NCBI GenBank assembly: GCA_004558825.1
Contig: SFDB01000003.1
Span: forward strand, 27,290 to 91,289
Direction: 5' to 3'
Length of the DNA stretch: 64,000 nt
Source: Clostridiales bacterium
Lineage (GTDB): Bacteria > Bacillota > Clostridia > Christensenellales > CAG-138
The position numbers and the translations under genes were made by a program. Position 1 is the stretch's first letter; each line of letters starts with the position of its first letter. Under the pieces are notes generated by a model, which saw nothing but the letters and a program-made list of their open reading frames with translations, searched no databases and had not been told where the DNA came from. Shown one piece after another: positions 19,262 to 27,824 of this stretch.

Positions 19262-19300
19262 ACAAAACAAAAGTTGCCGTATTGTCCACGGCAACTTTTT
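19262..19300. terminator. bidirectional terminator downstream of the tRNA pair
   Basis: GTTGCCG...CGGCAAC stem flanked by an A-run and a T-run. On the minus strand it is followed by TTTTGTTTTGTT. Confidence 0.7.
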
Positions 19301-19376
19301 GGTACCCCCTCAGGGACTCGAACCCTGGACACCCTGATTAAGAGTCAGGTGCTCTAGCCAACTGAGCTAAGGAGGC
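19300..19376 (-). tRNA. tRNA-Lys (anticodon CUU), CCA encoded
   Basis: Reverse complement is GCCTCCTTAGCTCAGTTGGCTAGAGCACCTGACTCTTAATCAGGGTGTCCAGGGTTCGAGTCCCTGAGGGGGTACCA. It folds as a cloverleaf with anticodon loop CUCUUAA. Confidence 0.9.
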
Positions 19377-19397
19377 ATTTATCAAGTCGGACTAATT

Positions 19398-19473
19398 TGG
19401 AGCGGGAGACGGGGCTCGAACCCGCCACCTCCGCCTTGGCAAGGCGGCGCTCTACCAAATGAGCTACTCCCGC
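19398..19473 (-). tRNA. tRNA-Gly (anticodon GCC), CCA encoded
   Basis: Reverse complement is GCGGGAGTAGCTCATTTGGTAGAGCGCCGCCTTGCCAAGGCGGAGGTGGCGGGTTCGAGCCCCGTCTCCCGCTCCA. The acceptor stem GCGGGAG/CTCCCGC is perfect. Confidence 0.95.
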
Positions 19474-19494
19474 ATTAGTCATTCGACGGTGGTT

Positions 19495-19523
19495 ATTCTA
19501 ACGCATCAACCATGTGTTGTCAA
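19495..19523 (-). promoter_or_regulatory. promoter of the tRNA-Gly/tRNA-Lys unit
   Basis: Minus strand: TTGACA, 17-nt spacer, TAGAAT, about 20 nt upstream of the tRNA-Gly 5' end. Confidence 0.65.
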
Positions 19524-19613
19524 GCACCGCTAACGGAGAATTTTATATATAATTTGATTTCGCTTTTCTACTTGTTTTTTTCAGAATCATATTGTATCAT
19601 ATTCAAGCGTCAC

Positions 19614-19703
19614 GGAGAGTTGGCTGAGTGGTCGAAGGCGCACGACTGGAAATCGTGTTTACGGGGAACCGTAACTAGGGTTCAAATCCCTAACTCTCCG
19701 CCA
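19614..19703 (+). tRNA. tRNA-Ser (anticodon GGA), long variable arm, CCA encoded
   Basis: GGAGAGTTGGCTGAGTGGTCGAAGGCGCACGACTGGAAATCGTG...GGGTTCAAATCCCTAACTCTCCGCCA. The acceptor stem GGAGAGT/ACTCTCC is perfect. Confidence 0.95.
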
Positions 19704-19705
19704 TG

Positions 19706-19747
19706 AGTCCGCCGTAATTTTGATAGAATTACGGTGGACTTTTCATT
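19706..19747 (+). terminator. terminator after tRNA-Ser
   Basis: AGTCCGCCGTAATT/AATTACGGTGGACT stem followed by TTTCATT. Confidence 0.7.
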
Positions 19748-19836
19748 CCTTGCTCCTTTGAAATAATGCTGAGAGCGTGATACAATCCGTACATGAAAAT
19801 AGCTTTTGTAAGCTGAGATTTGACCGAGGTGAACGC

Positions 19837-20331
19837 ATGGCGAATACCATAACAAGCTGCAGAATTCTGTGCAGTGTAATGCTGTTGTTCTTTCCTGTGT
19901 TTTCTCCTTTGTTTTATATTTTATATTGTGTGGCAGGATTTACCGATATGATTGATGGGGTTATTGCGAGAAAAACAGGTTCCGTCAGTGAATTTGGCTC
20001 TACATTAGATTCTGCTGCAGATTTCGTATTTATTACGGTTTGTCTTATTAAACTGTTGCCGGTATTGACTATATCTACACAGCTTTGGATATGGGTCGGC
20101 ATGATTGCAGTCACAAAGATTATTAATGTAATTTCCGGATACATAGTTCAGAAAAGGTTAGTAGTAAAGCATACCGTTTTGAACAGGATTACAGGGGCTA
20201 TGCTGTTTATTCTTCCATTGACCGTGTCCGCCGTTGATTTGAAATATAGTGCAAGTATTGCTTGTGCCGTTGCTTCATTTGCCGCACTTCAGGAAGGATA
20301 TTTAATCAGGATGGGTAGTCATAAACAGTAG
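19837..20331 (+). CDS. CDP-alcohol phosphatidyltransferase family protein (PgsA-like)
   Basis: DMIDGVIARKTGSVSEFGSTLDSAADF matches the D-x2-DG-x2-AR-x8-G-x3-D-x3-D motif. ATG 19837 has GAGGTG upstream. Visibly more AT-rich than its neighbours. Confidence 0.8.
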   Translation: MANTITSCRILCSVMLLFFPVFSPLFYILYCVAGFTDMIDGVIARKTGSVSEFGSTLDSAADFVFITVCLIKLLPVLTISTQLWIWVGMIAVTKIINVISGYIVQKRLVVKHTVLNRITGAMLFILPLTVSAVDLKYSASIACAVASFAALQEGYLIRMGSHKQ

Positions 20332-20452
20332 CGCGACTTTTTGCCAAGCCGTCGGTTAGCAGAGATTGCGTACTGCTTTTTATCGGTTCATATGAATACT
20401 CTGCCGGTTTTCTGCTCTTACGCGAAGCTTGCTTTGACAGGCGTTATCCGCC

Positions 20453-20481
20453 TTGACAAAGATACGCTGCGATAATATTAT
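20453..20481 (+). promoter_or_regulatory. glyQS promoter
   Basis: TTGACA, 17-nt spacer, TATTAT. Only about 30 nt of leader precedes the ATG. Confidence 0.6.
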
Positions 20482-20509
20482 TATATGGAAATTCTTAAGG
20501 AGAACTGCA

Positions 20510-21901
20510 ATGAATACAAAGGTAACTATGGATAAACTCGTTGCGCTCTGCAAAAACCGCGGATTCATATTTCCGGGGTCGGAAATATACGGCGGCCTTG
20601 CGAACGCCTGGGATTATGGACCGCTCGGTGTCGAGTATAAAAACAATGTAAAAAGGGCATGGTGGCGCAAGTTTGTACAGGAGTGTCCGTATAACGTGGG
20701 CATGGACTCCGCGATACTCATGAACCCCGAAACATGGGTGGCATCGGGTCATGTCGGCAATTTTAACGATCCGCTCATGGATTGCAAGGCCTGCAAAGCT
20801 CGTTTTAGAGCAGATAAGCTTATCGAAGACTATGCTTTTCAGCATAACCTCGAAGATGTTCATCCTGACGGATGGACAAATGAGCAGATGTTTGACTACA
20901 TAAATGAGCACGACATAGTTTGCCCCGAGTGCGGCAAGAAAGACTTTACGACGATACGAAAGTTCAACATGATGTTCAAAACGTATCAGGGAGTTAACGA
21001 GGACACGGCGGCAGAGCTTTATCTTCGTCCCGAAACCGCACAGGGTATATTCGTGAACTTTAAAAATGTGCAGCGCTCAATGCGAAAAAAAATACCGTTT
21101 GGCATCGCTCAGATAGGCAAAAGCTTCAGGAACGAGATAACCCCGGGCAACTTTACGTTCAGGACAAGAGAGTTTGAGCAGATGGAGCTTGAATTCTTCT
21201 GTGAACCCGGAAAAGACATTGAATGGTACAATTACTGGAAGGAGTATTGCAGAAAGTTTCTTCTCTCGCTCGGCATGCGAGAGGAAAATATGCGTCTCAG
21301 AGAGCATGATCAGGCAGAACTTTCGCACTATTCAAACGGAACAACAGATATCGAGTATCTATTCCCGTTCGGTTGGGGAGAGCTTTGGGGCGTTGCCGAT
21401 CGAACCGACTACGACCTTCTTGCGCACGCAAATCATTCGGGCGAAAAGATGGAATATCAAGACCCGTTTACAAGCGAGAAGTATGTCCCGTACTGCATAG
21501 AGCCGTCGCTGGGCGCGGACAGAGTAGCGCTTGCTTTCCTGTGCGACGCATATGACGAGGAAGAGCTGGAAAGCGGAGATGTACGAAACGTTCTGCATCT
21601 GCATCCCGCGCTTGCGCCTTTTAAGGCGGCGGTGCTGCCGCTTCAAAAGAAACTCGGCGATAAGGCGCGTGAAGTATATGCAATGCTGTCTAAACGCTTC
21701 AGGATCGACTACGATGACGCCGGAGCTATCGGAAGAAGGTATCGCAGACAAGATGAAATAGGAACGCCGCTGTGCATAACCGTTGATTTTGATACTCTCG
21801 AAGACGACACCGTAACAGTGCGCGACCGCGATTCGATGCAGCAAATACGTCTTTGCATAGACGAATTGTGCTCATATATCGAAAGTAAAATTGATTTCTG
21901 A
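20510..21901 (+). CDS. glyQS: glycine--tRNA ligase (single-chain class II GlyQS)
   Basis: 463 aa starting [40 protein letters not shown], the typical GlyRS N-terminus. RBS AAGGAG. Confidence 0.9.
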   Translation: MNTKVTMDKLVALCKNRGFIFPGSEIYGGLANAWDYGPLGVEYKNNVKRAWWRKFVQECPYNVGMDSAILMNPETWVASGHVGNFNDPLMDCKACKARFRADKLIEDYAFQHNLEDVHPDGWTNEQMFDYINEHDIVCPECGKKDFTTIRKFNMMFKTYQGVNEDTAAELYLRPETAQGIFVNFKNVQRSMRKKIPFGIAQIGKSFRNEITPGNFTFRTREFEQMELEFFCEPGKDIEWYNYWKEYCRKFLLSLGMREENMRLREHDQAELSHYSNGTTDIEYLFPFGWGELWGVADRTDYDLLAHANHSGEKMEYQDPFTSEKYVPYCIEPSLGADRVALAFLCDAYDEEELESGDVRNVLHLHPALAPFKAAVLPLQKKLGDKAREVYAMLSKRFRIDYDDAGAIGRRYRRQDEIGTPLCITVDFDTLEDDTVTVRDRDSMQQIRLCIDELCSYIESKIDF

Positions 21902-22100
21902 TAACGTGCGGCTTTGACAGCCATACAAGACGTTCAAAATGAGCGTGCCGTTTCACAAGTTCGGTATGCTCATTTTCATGTTTGTTGAAAGACGGCGCAT
22001 TATGTCGCATGAAGCTTAACCGGATTTATTATTTACTCCGAATGTCGAAGCAGTCTATAACATGGGCAAAAGCTTATTATGCTTTAATAAGTATAAGCAA

Positions 22101-22121
22101 AGACCGCCTTATCCGGCGGTC
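22101..22121. repeat. GC-rich hairpin, copy A (AGACCGCCTTATCCGGCGGTC)
   Basis: 7-bp stem GACCGCC/GGCGGTC. A near-identical copy lies 222 bp downstream. Confidence 0.9.
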
Positions 22122-22322
22122 GCAGCTTGTAGAACAACCCCGTGTTTGTTAAGGGGCCGCAGCCCCTTAAGTTAATTCCGGCTTTGACGACATGTGCGTC
22201 AAAACGGATGAAAACCCGGAGGTTTTCGTACTTTGCGGGTTTCGCCGCCCGGAAGCGAATGTGAGATACGAAACCCTTAAAAACTCGAAAAAGTGGCGTT
22301 TAACCACTTTTTCGACAGTATC

Positions 22323-22344
22323 AGACCGCCGTTATCCGGCGGTC
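22323..22344. repeat. GC-rich hairpin, copy B (AGACCGCCGTTATCCGGCGGTC)
   Basis: Same sequence as copy A with a 1-nt insertion. It lies 33 nt downstream of the ugpQ-like stop. Confidence 0.9.
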
Positions 22345-22376
22345 ACGTTGATTACAAGATAAGATGCGACAGCGCA

Positions 22377-23108
22377 TCAAAGATTTCTGCGAATCTTCAC
22401 AGCTTCATCAGGCTTATCGGTGATTATTGCATCTACGCCCATGCTCATGAGCTTGCGCATGGTGTCGATACTATCGACAGTCCATGGATGGATGGCTACG
22501 CCGCTTGCTTTACATCCCTCGATAAGGCCGGGCGCCTGCAGCGCGACAGCATAGTGGGGGTGGATAGCATTTGCGCCTAAGTATTTAGCATATTCCCAAG
22601 GGTCATACAGTGCGCAGCCATAGAGAAGACCGATTTTTGCATCGGGATTCACTTTGCGAAGCTCCATAAGCACATAGTGATTAAACGACGAATAGATTAT
22701 CCTGTCCGAAACTCCCATTTGGGCGGCTAAACGGACTATTTCATCCCAAATGCCGTAGTAGATTATCTTATCGCACTTGAGTTCTATATTCATGTAAAGA
22801 TTTGTGCCGCGGACAAATCCGAAAACCTCAGTCAGTGTTGGGATTCTTACGTTTTTGTATTGCTCGATCCCGTTGGAGAAGTCGAGCTGCTTAAGCTCTT
22901 TACATGTCATATCCTTTATAAATCCGTTTCCGTTCGAAGTTCTGTTTACGGTTTCGTCATGGATTACGACGAGTTTATTATCCTTTGTCATATGCACGTC
23001 AAGTTCGATACCGTCTGCGCCCATTTTGAGTGCAAGATCGAATGCTTCAAGTGTGTTTTCGGGTGCGTATGCGCTTGCGCCCCTGTGCGCCCATACAGCT
23101 GTTGCCAT
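22377..23108 (-). CDS. ugpQ: glycerophosphodiester phosphodiesterase
   Basis: VWAHRGASAYAPENT (HRG...EN) GDPD signature. ATG 23108 has AGGAGG 8 nt upstream. Confidence 0.85.
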   Translation of the reverse strand: MATAVWAHRGASAYAPENTLEAFDLALKMGADGIELDVHMTKDNKLVVIHDETVNRTSNGNGFIKDMTCKELKQLDFSNGIEQYKNVRIPTLTEVFGFVRGTNLYMNIELKCDKIIYYGIWDEIVRLAAQMGVSDRIIYSSFNHYVLMELRKVNPDAKIGLLYGCALYDPWEYAKYLGANAIHPHYAVALQAPGLIEGCKASGVAIHPWTVDSIDTMRKLMSMGVDAIITDKPDEAVKIRRNL

Positions 23109-23215
23109 ATATACATCCTCCTGATAATTCACTTTATAGTTTATTATACCATTTTTCGGCAAAACACAAGCTCATATATTTGAATAATTTATGAAATTGA
23201 GGAAATAATCGTATT

Positions 23216-23596
23216 ATGAGAGCATTGGAACTAATGACTGCGTTTGTAATAGGCGCAATAGGGTATGTTATAGTAGAGATTATTTATCGCGGCTATAGTC
23301 ATATAAGTATGGCAGCAGCGGGCGGATGCGCTTTTATGCTGATTCACGGGTTGTTTACACGGTACGGGCTACCAATATGGAGTAAATGTATAATAGGCGC
23401 TTTCCTTATAACCTGCATTGAGTTTATTACGGGATTCGTGGTAAATATTAAACTTCGGCTGAACGTCTGGGATTATTCGGTCGTTCGGCTGAATTTGTAC
23501 GGGCAAGTCTGCTTGAGGTTTTCGATATTATGGCTTTTATTGACGATACCGCTAATAGGCTTGAGTCAAGTTCTGCACGCGCTGCTTAAAGCTTAG
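23216..23596 (+). CDS. small four-TM membrane protein (possibly the 'putative ABC-transporter type IV' / DUF1113-like family)
   Basis: 126 aa and hydrophobic. The NVWDYS motif recalls PF06541; this is recollection only. Confidence 0.4.
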   Translation: MRALELMTAFVIGAIGYVIVEIIYRGYSHISMAAAGGCAFMLIHGLFTRYGLPIWSKCIIGAFLITCIEFITGFVVNIKLRLNVWDYSVVRLNLYGQVCLRFSILWLLLTIPLIGLSQVLHALLKA

Positions 23597-25035
23597 CGGG
23601 CGCCGTTTATAATGGTTTTCCATGTATAGCGATTGCCGGTTGCATTTCTTGTCGCCGAAAGCGTTACGAAGTATATGGGAATTAGCTGCTTTTTTGCAGC
23701 GATACGAGTATATGAAAGCGCAACATCGCTAATTACCATATTAGAATACCCGCTAAGCCTGTAGCCAAACCGTTTCGCTCGTTCAACGGCAGCAGTCGGC
23801 GGCATTATTTCAATCATGCGGGAAGCTTCATAACGAAGCACATCGAAGTTCATATATGATATAACGCAATCACTCGCAAGTATTACGGTCGCATTTCCGT
23901 CCGTTTGCTTTTGAGGCCATGTACTTAAATTGGACGGTTCTTTTTCAATAGTAAGAACGATGCGCTTGCACGCCAACGCAGTATCGTGAGATGCATTTCC
24001 GTATATATCACAAATCTCCGTTTTAACATTGCTTATTATTTCGTCCGATTCAAGAAAGTGCTCTACTATACGCTTGGCTGCTTTGATACACTCTTCATCT
24101 GAAATAAGCGATTCTCCCATCGGCGCGGCGCCGAAAAAAGAATATGTCCAACGACCGTCGTCAAAAACAGATAAGCGTTTCCCGCATAGTTCACCCTCAA
24201 GCATACCGTCTGCACTTTTGCGTAAATCAAATCTTTCGCCCGTCAAGCGTTCCGCAGCCTCCGCGAAAACCGCGCTTATATCGATTTCCGACAGCGAATA
24301 GAGCATTGCGCTTTGTGCAAAATCATAATCGTTCATGAGCACTTGCGCATCGTGCGGCATCATCATGCTTGCGGCTATTCCGACTCTGTCAGTGCCGTAA
24401 TACGCTTTGTCAGCAGCGAACGGCGCAATTAAAATAAATGCGGCTACTAACGCAAACGCGGTGCAAGCACAGGGGGGATAGGGCATAATTCCGCGTACGC
24501 TCCTGTAAAGGCGCAGCTTTTTTAGCAATGCGTCAACGATAGCAAATATACAAAATCCAACGATTCCGCCCAGTGTATTTGCTATAACGTCATCGATGTC
24601 GGCAACACGGCCGATAATGTACTGTATAAACTCGATTGCAAGCGTTATTCCAAGGCACGAAAACAGTGTTGCAATAAATCCGAATGATTTTTTGTCTATG
24701 ACTAGCGGCAGCAAAAATCCGAGCGGCACGAACATAAATATATTGAGCATAAACTGTGAATTTACAAGCTTTTCTCCATATGCATAGGTGTAGAAAAGAG
24801 TCTCTTTCAAAGGTGATATGTTCAACGCACGCCCGTATGCGGCCGTTCTTCCGCCCGAAAACACTATCAGGAACAACACGATCATATAGCATATAGAACA
24901 AATATTAAATGCGTGCCGCAACGGATTACATGGTATGCGCTTTTTACGGAGGACAAAAAATATCGGCAGATAAACAACCATGCTGATTAGCAGAGCAAGC
25001 GGTAGTAAATATATCGCTGTCATAATATGGCTCAT
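23593..25035 (-). CDS. VanZ-like membrane domain fused to a large extracytoplasmic C-terminal domain
   Basis: LNIFMFVPLGFLLPL and DIDDVIANTLGGIVGF are VanZ hallmarks. About 290 further residues follow a last TM segment. ATG 25035 has AGGAGG 6 nt upstream; the longer ORF to 25137 runs through the arcA terminator. Confidence 0.65.
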   Translation of the reverse strand: MSHIMTAIYLLPLALLISMVVYLPIFFVLRKKRIPCNPLRHAFNICSICYMIVLFLIVFSGGRTAAYGRALNISPLKETLFYTYAYGEKLVNSQFMLNIFMFVPLGFLLPLVIDKKSFGFIATLFSCLGITLAIEFIQYIIGRVADIDDVIANTLGGIVGFCIFAIVDALLKKLRLYRSVRGIMPYPPCACTAFALVAAFILIAPFAADKAYYGTDRVGIAASMMMPHDAQVLMNDYDFAQSAMLYSLSEIDISAVFAEAAERLTGERFDLRKSADGMLEGELCGKRLSVFDDGRWTYSFFGAAPMGESLISDEECIKAAKRIVEHFLESDEIISNVKTEICDIYGNASHDTALACKRIVLTIEKEPSNLSTWPQKQTDGNATVILASDCVISYMNFDVLRYEASRMIEIMPPTAAVERAKRFGYRLSGYSNMVISDVALSYTRIAAKKQLIPIYFVTLSATRNATGNRYTWKTIINGAR

Positions 25036-25111
25036 GCCGAACCTCCTCATTTGTATTATATCATATGCGCTCAGCTCAAGTATAGGCTGCTGTGTCGCTT
25101 TGCCGACTATC

Positions 25112-25143
25112 AAAAATCCACCTTGCGAATATCGCAAGGTGGG
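25112..25143 (-). terminator. intrinsic terminator after arcA
   Basis: Minus strand: CCACCTTGCG-atat-CGCAAGGTGG followed by ATTTTTGATAG. Confidence 0.75.
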
Positions 25144-25174
25144 GAAGAGTAAACTTTATTCGTCTCTATACGAA

Positions 25175-26392
25175 TTAATTGAGCGGCTGTCTGTTTATAG
25201 GCATGCTCATGCAGCGCGGGCCGCCGCGACCTTTTGATAGCTCGCTGCCCGGGATGGTGTTGACCTTTACGCCATTCTTTTCGAGCAACGCGTTTGTGAC
25301 TTCGTTGCGCTCATATGTAATAACTTCGCCCGGAGCTATAGTAAGCGAGTTTGAGCCCATGTTCCAGTGTTCACGCGCAGCGATCATTGGGTCGCCGCCG
25401 CCAACCTGAATGAAGTTGACCGCAGGCACCTTCAGCGCACGCTTCATTATGCTCTCAAGCGATTCGCTGGAACATGACGCGCCGAGAGAACCGTCTTTAT
25501 TGAGCGTGAGCTCATAAATGTCAAATTCGCCGGCGTAGACCTGAGGATTGACGATGAATTTATCGTAGTCAACCATTGTGCAAAGTACGTCGAGATGCAT
25601 GTATTTACGCGACTTCGGAAGGTTAAATACGATTATTCGCTCGTAGCCGTTTGTTAAAAGCTTCTTTGCAACGTATTCAATCGCTCCGAGGCTTGTACGC
25701 TGTCCGTAGCCTATTGCCATAACTTTATCGGATAAAACAAGCAGGTCGCCGCCCTCGATGCCGTAGCCGAGCTTATAGTCGTACCACAACGGCGTATCAT
25801 TAAACGACGGATGGTATTTATGTATATAGCGCATAAGCAGCGCCTCGCGTCTTCTGAACGGCATGCTCATGGAGCTTACTATCATTCCGTTGCCAATGCA
25901 GATACTTATATCCCTTGTGAAATACATAGATGATACCGGATCCGTGAAGAAGGGGTAATCATCTTTTACGAGCAGAGGAAGCGGCTTTGTGGGATAATCG
26001 GCAAGATCCTTACGCATTACGCCTTTGCACACCTCATAGAAAAGCTCTTTGGGCGTCTTGCCGCTGAGATACTCGCGGATAACGTCCTTTAGGGTTTCTG
26101 CCTGAACTTCAGCAACCAAGAGATAATCCTCAATAAACTCCTTTTTGTGAAGTTCATCTTTCACGGCTTCCTCAAAAAGATCCTCAAGATACAGCACGTT
26201 AACATTATGCTCGCGCAGCACCTGTGCAAAGCGATCATGCTCGGCTTGCGCGGCCGGAAGGTATGGGATGTCCTCTGAAAGCATACGCTCCAGATAATCG
26301 GGGATAAGCTGGTTCACCTCGATGCCGGGGCGATGTAGCATAACGGTGTTAAGCTTCCCGATTTCGGAACGCAGATTTACAAAATTATTCAT
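25175..26392 (-). CDS. arcA: arginine deiminase
   Basis: 405 aa. N-terminal SEIGKLNTVMLHRPG and C-terminal catalytic GGPRCMSMP. Confidence 0.9.
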   Translation of the reverse strand: MNNFVNLRSEIGKLNTVMLHRPGIEVNQLIPDYLERMLSEDIPYLPAAQAEHDRFAQVLREHNVNVLYLEDLFEEAVKDELHKKEFIEDYLLVAEVQAETLKDVIREYLSGKTPKELFYEVCKGVMRKDLADYPTKPLPLLVKDDYPFFTDPVSSMYFTRDISICIGNGMIVSSMSMPFRRREALLMRYIHKYHPSFNDTPLWYDYKLGYGIEGGDLLVLSDKVMAIGYGQRTSLGAIEYVAKKLLTNGYERIIVFNLPKSRKYMHLDVLCTMVDYDKFIVNPQVYAGEFDIYELTLNKDGSLGASCSSESLESIMKRALKVPAVNFIQVGGGDPMIAAREHWNMGSNSLTIAPGEVITYERNEVTNALLEKNGVKVNTIPGSELSKGRGGPRCMSMPINRQPLN

Positions 26393-26669
26393 TATTGCAC
26401 CTCTGTTAATGTATGTTGTTATTAACATGAGTATTATAATAGATTATCGAAAAAAAAGCCATACGGCATTTTCAAACGTTCTGCTCCAATTATAGAGGCA
26501 AAGTGATATAGTCGCTATGCCGTCAAAATTTCCGTACATTATAATTAAAAAATGTGGTATCATGTTCAATATGCAAAGAAGCGATGTGCTCTATAACGTA
26601 TTTGCGCGATGAGCATATCTATATTATGAGAGGAAAACCTCTCGACAATAAAATCAACGGAGTGATTCG

Positions 26670-27812
26670 ATGATCTATCTTGATAACAGCGCAACAACGC
26701 GCACCTTCGGCAGTGCCGCAGAAGTTGCGAAAAAATATATGACCGAAACGTATTTCAATCCTTCGAGCGCATACGGGCCTGCCGTCACGGTTGAAAAGGC
26801 AGTCAACGGTGCGCGCAGACGTATTGCCGACACTATAAACGTTACTCCGAACGAAATCATATTTACATCCGGAGCAACGGAAAGCAACAATATGGCTTTT
26901 TCCGGAGCGCTGCGGGCTATGCGCGGCAATGGCAGGATAATTGTCAGCGCTGTCGAGCATCCCTCTGTATTTGAAACGGCACGCAGATATGCCGACGTAG
27001 GGTACGAGGTTGAATTCGTTGGAGTCGATGCGACAGGACGCGTAAACGTAGACATGCTTAAATCAATGCTCGGCGACGATGTACGCTTTGTCAGCATAAT
27101 GCAGGTCAACAACGAAACAGGAGCCGTGAACGACATACCTGCTGTGTATAACGCAATAATATCGCAGGCTCCCGGCGCGCTTCTTCATGTTGATGGAGTC
27201 CAGGGTTTTTTGAGGGTGCCGTTTAACGCGCGTTTCTGCGATATGTATTCATTGAGCGGGCATAAGTTCCATGCACCTAAGGGCGTCGGAGCTTTGTACG
27301 TCCGAAACAGGACAAAATTTCTCGGAGGACAAACGGGCGGCGGGCAGGAAAACGGGCTTCGTTCGGGTACGAGCTGTACATCAGGCATAATGGCGATGGA
27401 TGCAGCAATAGCACAGTATACGGAACATTCACGCGAATATATAGACGGGATGTATGCGTGCAAAAAACGCCTTGCCGACAACATCAAACGAATAAACGAT
27501 ACGTTTATAAACGGACCTGCAATAGCGGACGGAGCACCGCACATACTAAATGCATCTTTCATGGGGGTCAGAGGAGAAGTGCTTCTTCACGCGCTTGAAG
27601 AGAAGCAGATATACGTCGCTACGGGCTCCGCGTGTTCTTCCAAAAAGAAGGGCAAGAACAGAATACTCGACGCAATGGGCTTAAAGCCCGAAAGGCAGGA
27701 AAGCGCAATAAGATTCAGCCTCAGTCCGTTTAACACGGTCAACGAGATGGACGAGGCCGCTGCGGCGATAGAAAGCATAATTGCCGTTTTGCGCAGATAT
27801 AAAAGAAGATAA
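26670..27812 (+). CDS. nifS: cysteine desulfurase (NifS/IscS class V aminotransferase)
   Basis: PLP-lysine SGHKFHAPKG and catalytic ATGSACSS. Paired with thiI. Confidence 0.85.
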   Translation: MIYLDNSATTRTFGSAAEVAKKYMTETYFNPSSAYGPAVTVEKAVNGARRRIADTINVTPNEIIFTSGATESNNMAFSGALRAMRGNGRIIVSAVEHPSVFETARRYADVGYEVEFVGVDATGRVNVDMLKSMLGDDVRFVSIMQVNNETGAVNDIPAVYNAIISQAPGALLHVDGVQGFLRVPFNARFCDMYSLSGHKFHAPKGVGALYVRNRTKFLGGQTGGGQENGLRSGTSCTSGIMAMDAAIAQYTEHSREYIDGMYACKKRLADNIKRINDTFINGPAIADGAPHILNASFMGVRGEVLLHALEEKQIYVATGSACSSKKKGKNRILDAMGLKPERQESAIRFSLSPFNTVNEMDEAAAAIESIIAVLRRYKRR

Positions 27813-27824
27813 ACGGAGGAAGAA

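Noticed and set aside
19512-19706. 64-aa plus-strand ORF in the track
   Set aside because: It is fully explained by the tRNA-Ser(GGA) gene and its promoter; the 'protein' ends inside the tRNA.
20332-20509. Possible glycine T-box leader upstream of glyQS
   Set aside because: The consensus promoter at 20453-20481 leaves only about 30 nt of leader. No specifier hairpin, T-box sequence or terminator/antiterminator pair is visible.
22101-22344. SRP RNA, 6S RNA, RNase P RNA, tmRNA or group II intron domain V as the identity of the hairpin module
   Set aside because: The diagnostic motifs are absent. These are the SRP helix-8 GGAA loop with AGCA/GGA symmetric loop, RNase P GAGGAAAGTCC, the tmRNA tag ORF, and the domain V AGC triad context. 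The module therefore stays unassigned rather than being called.
22192-22369. 58-codon plus-strand ORF (MCVKTDENPEVFVLCGFRRPEANVRYETLKNSKKWRLTTFSTVSDRRYPAVTLITR) inside the hairpin module
   Set aside because: It has no Shine-Dalgarno sequence, its codons are dictated by the successive stems, and it runs into the antisense of the ugpQ-like stop region.
25175-26392. Arginine deiminase pathway operon
   Set aside because: Only arcA is present, bounded by its own RBS and terminator. No arcB, arcC or arcD lies within the window, so no pathway claim is made.
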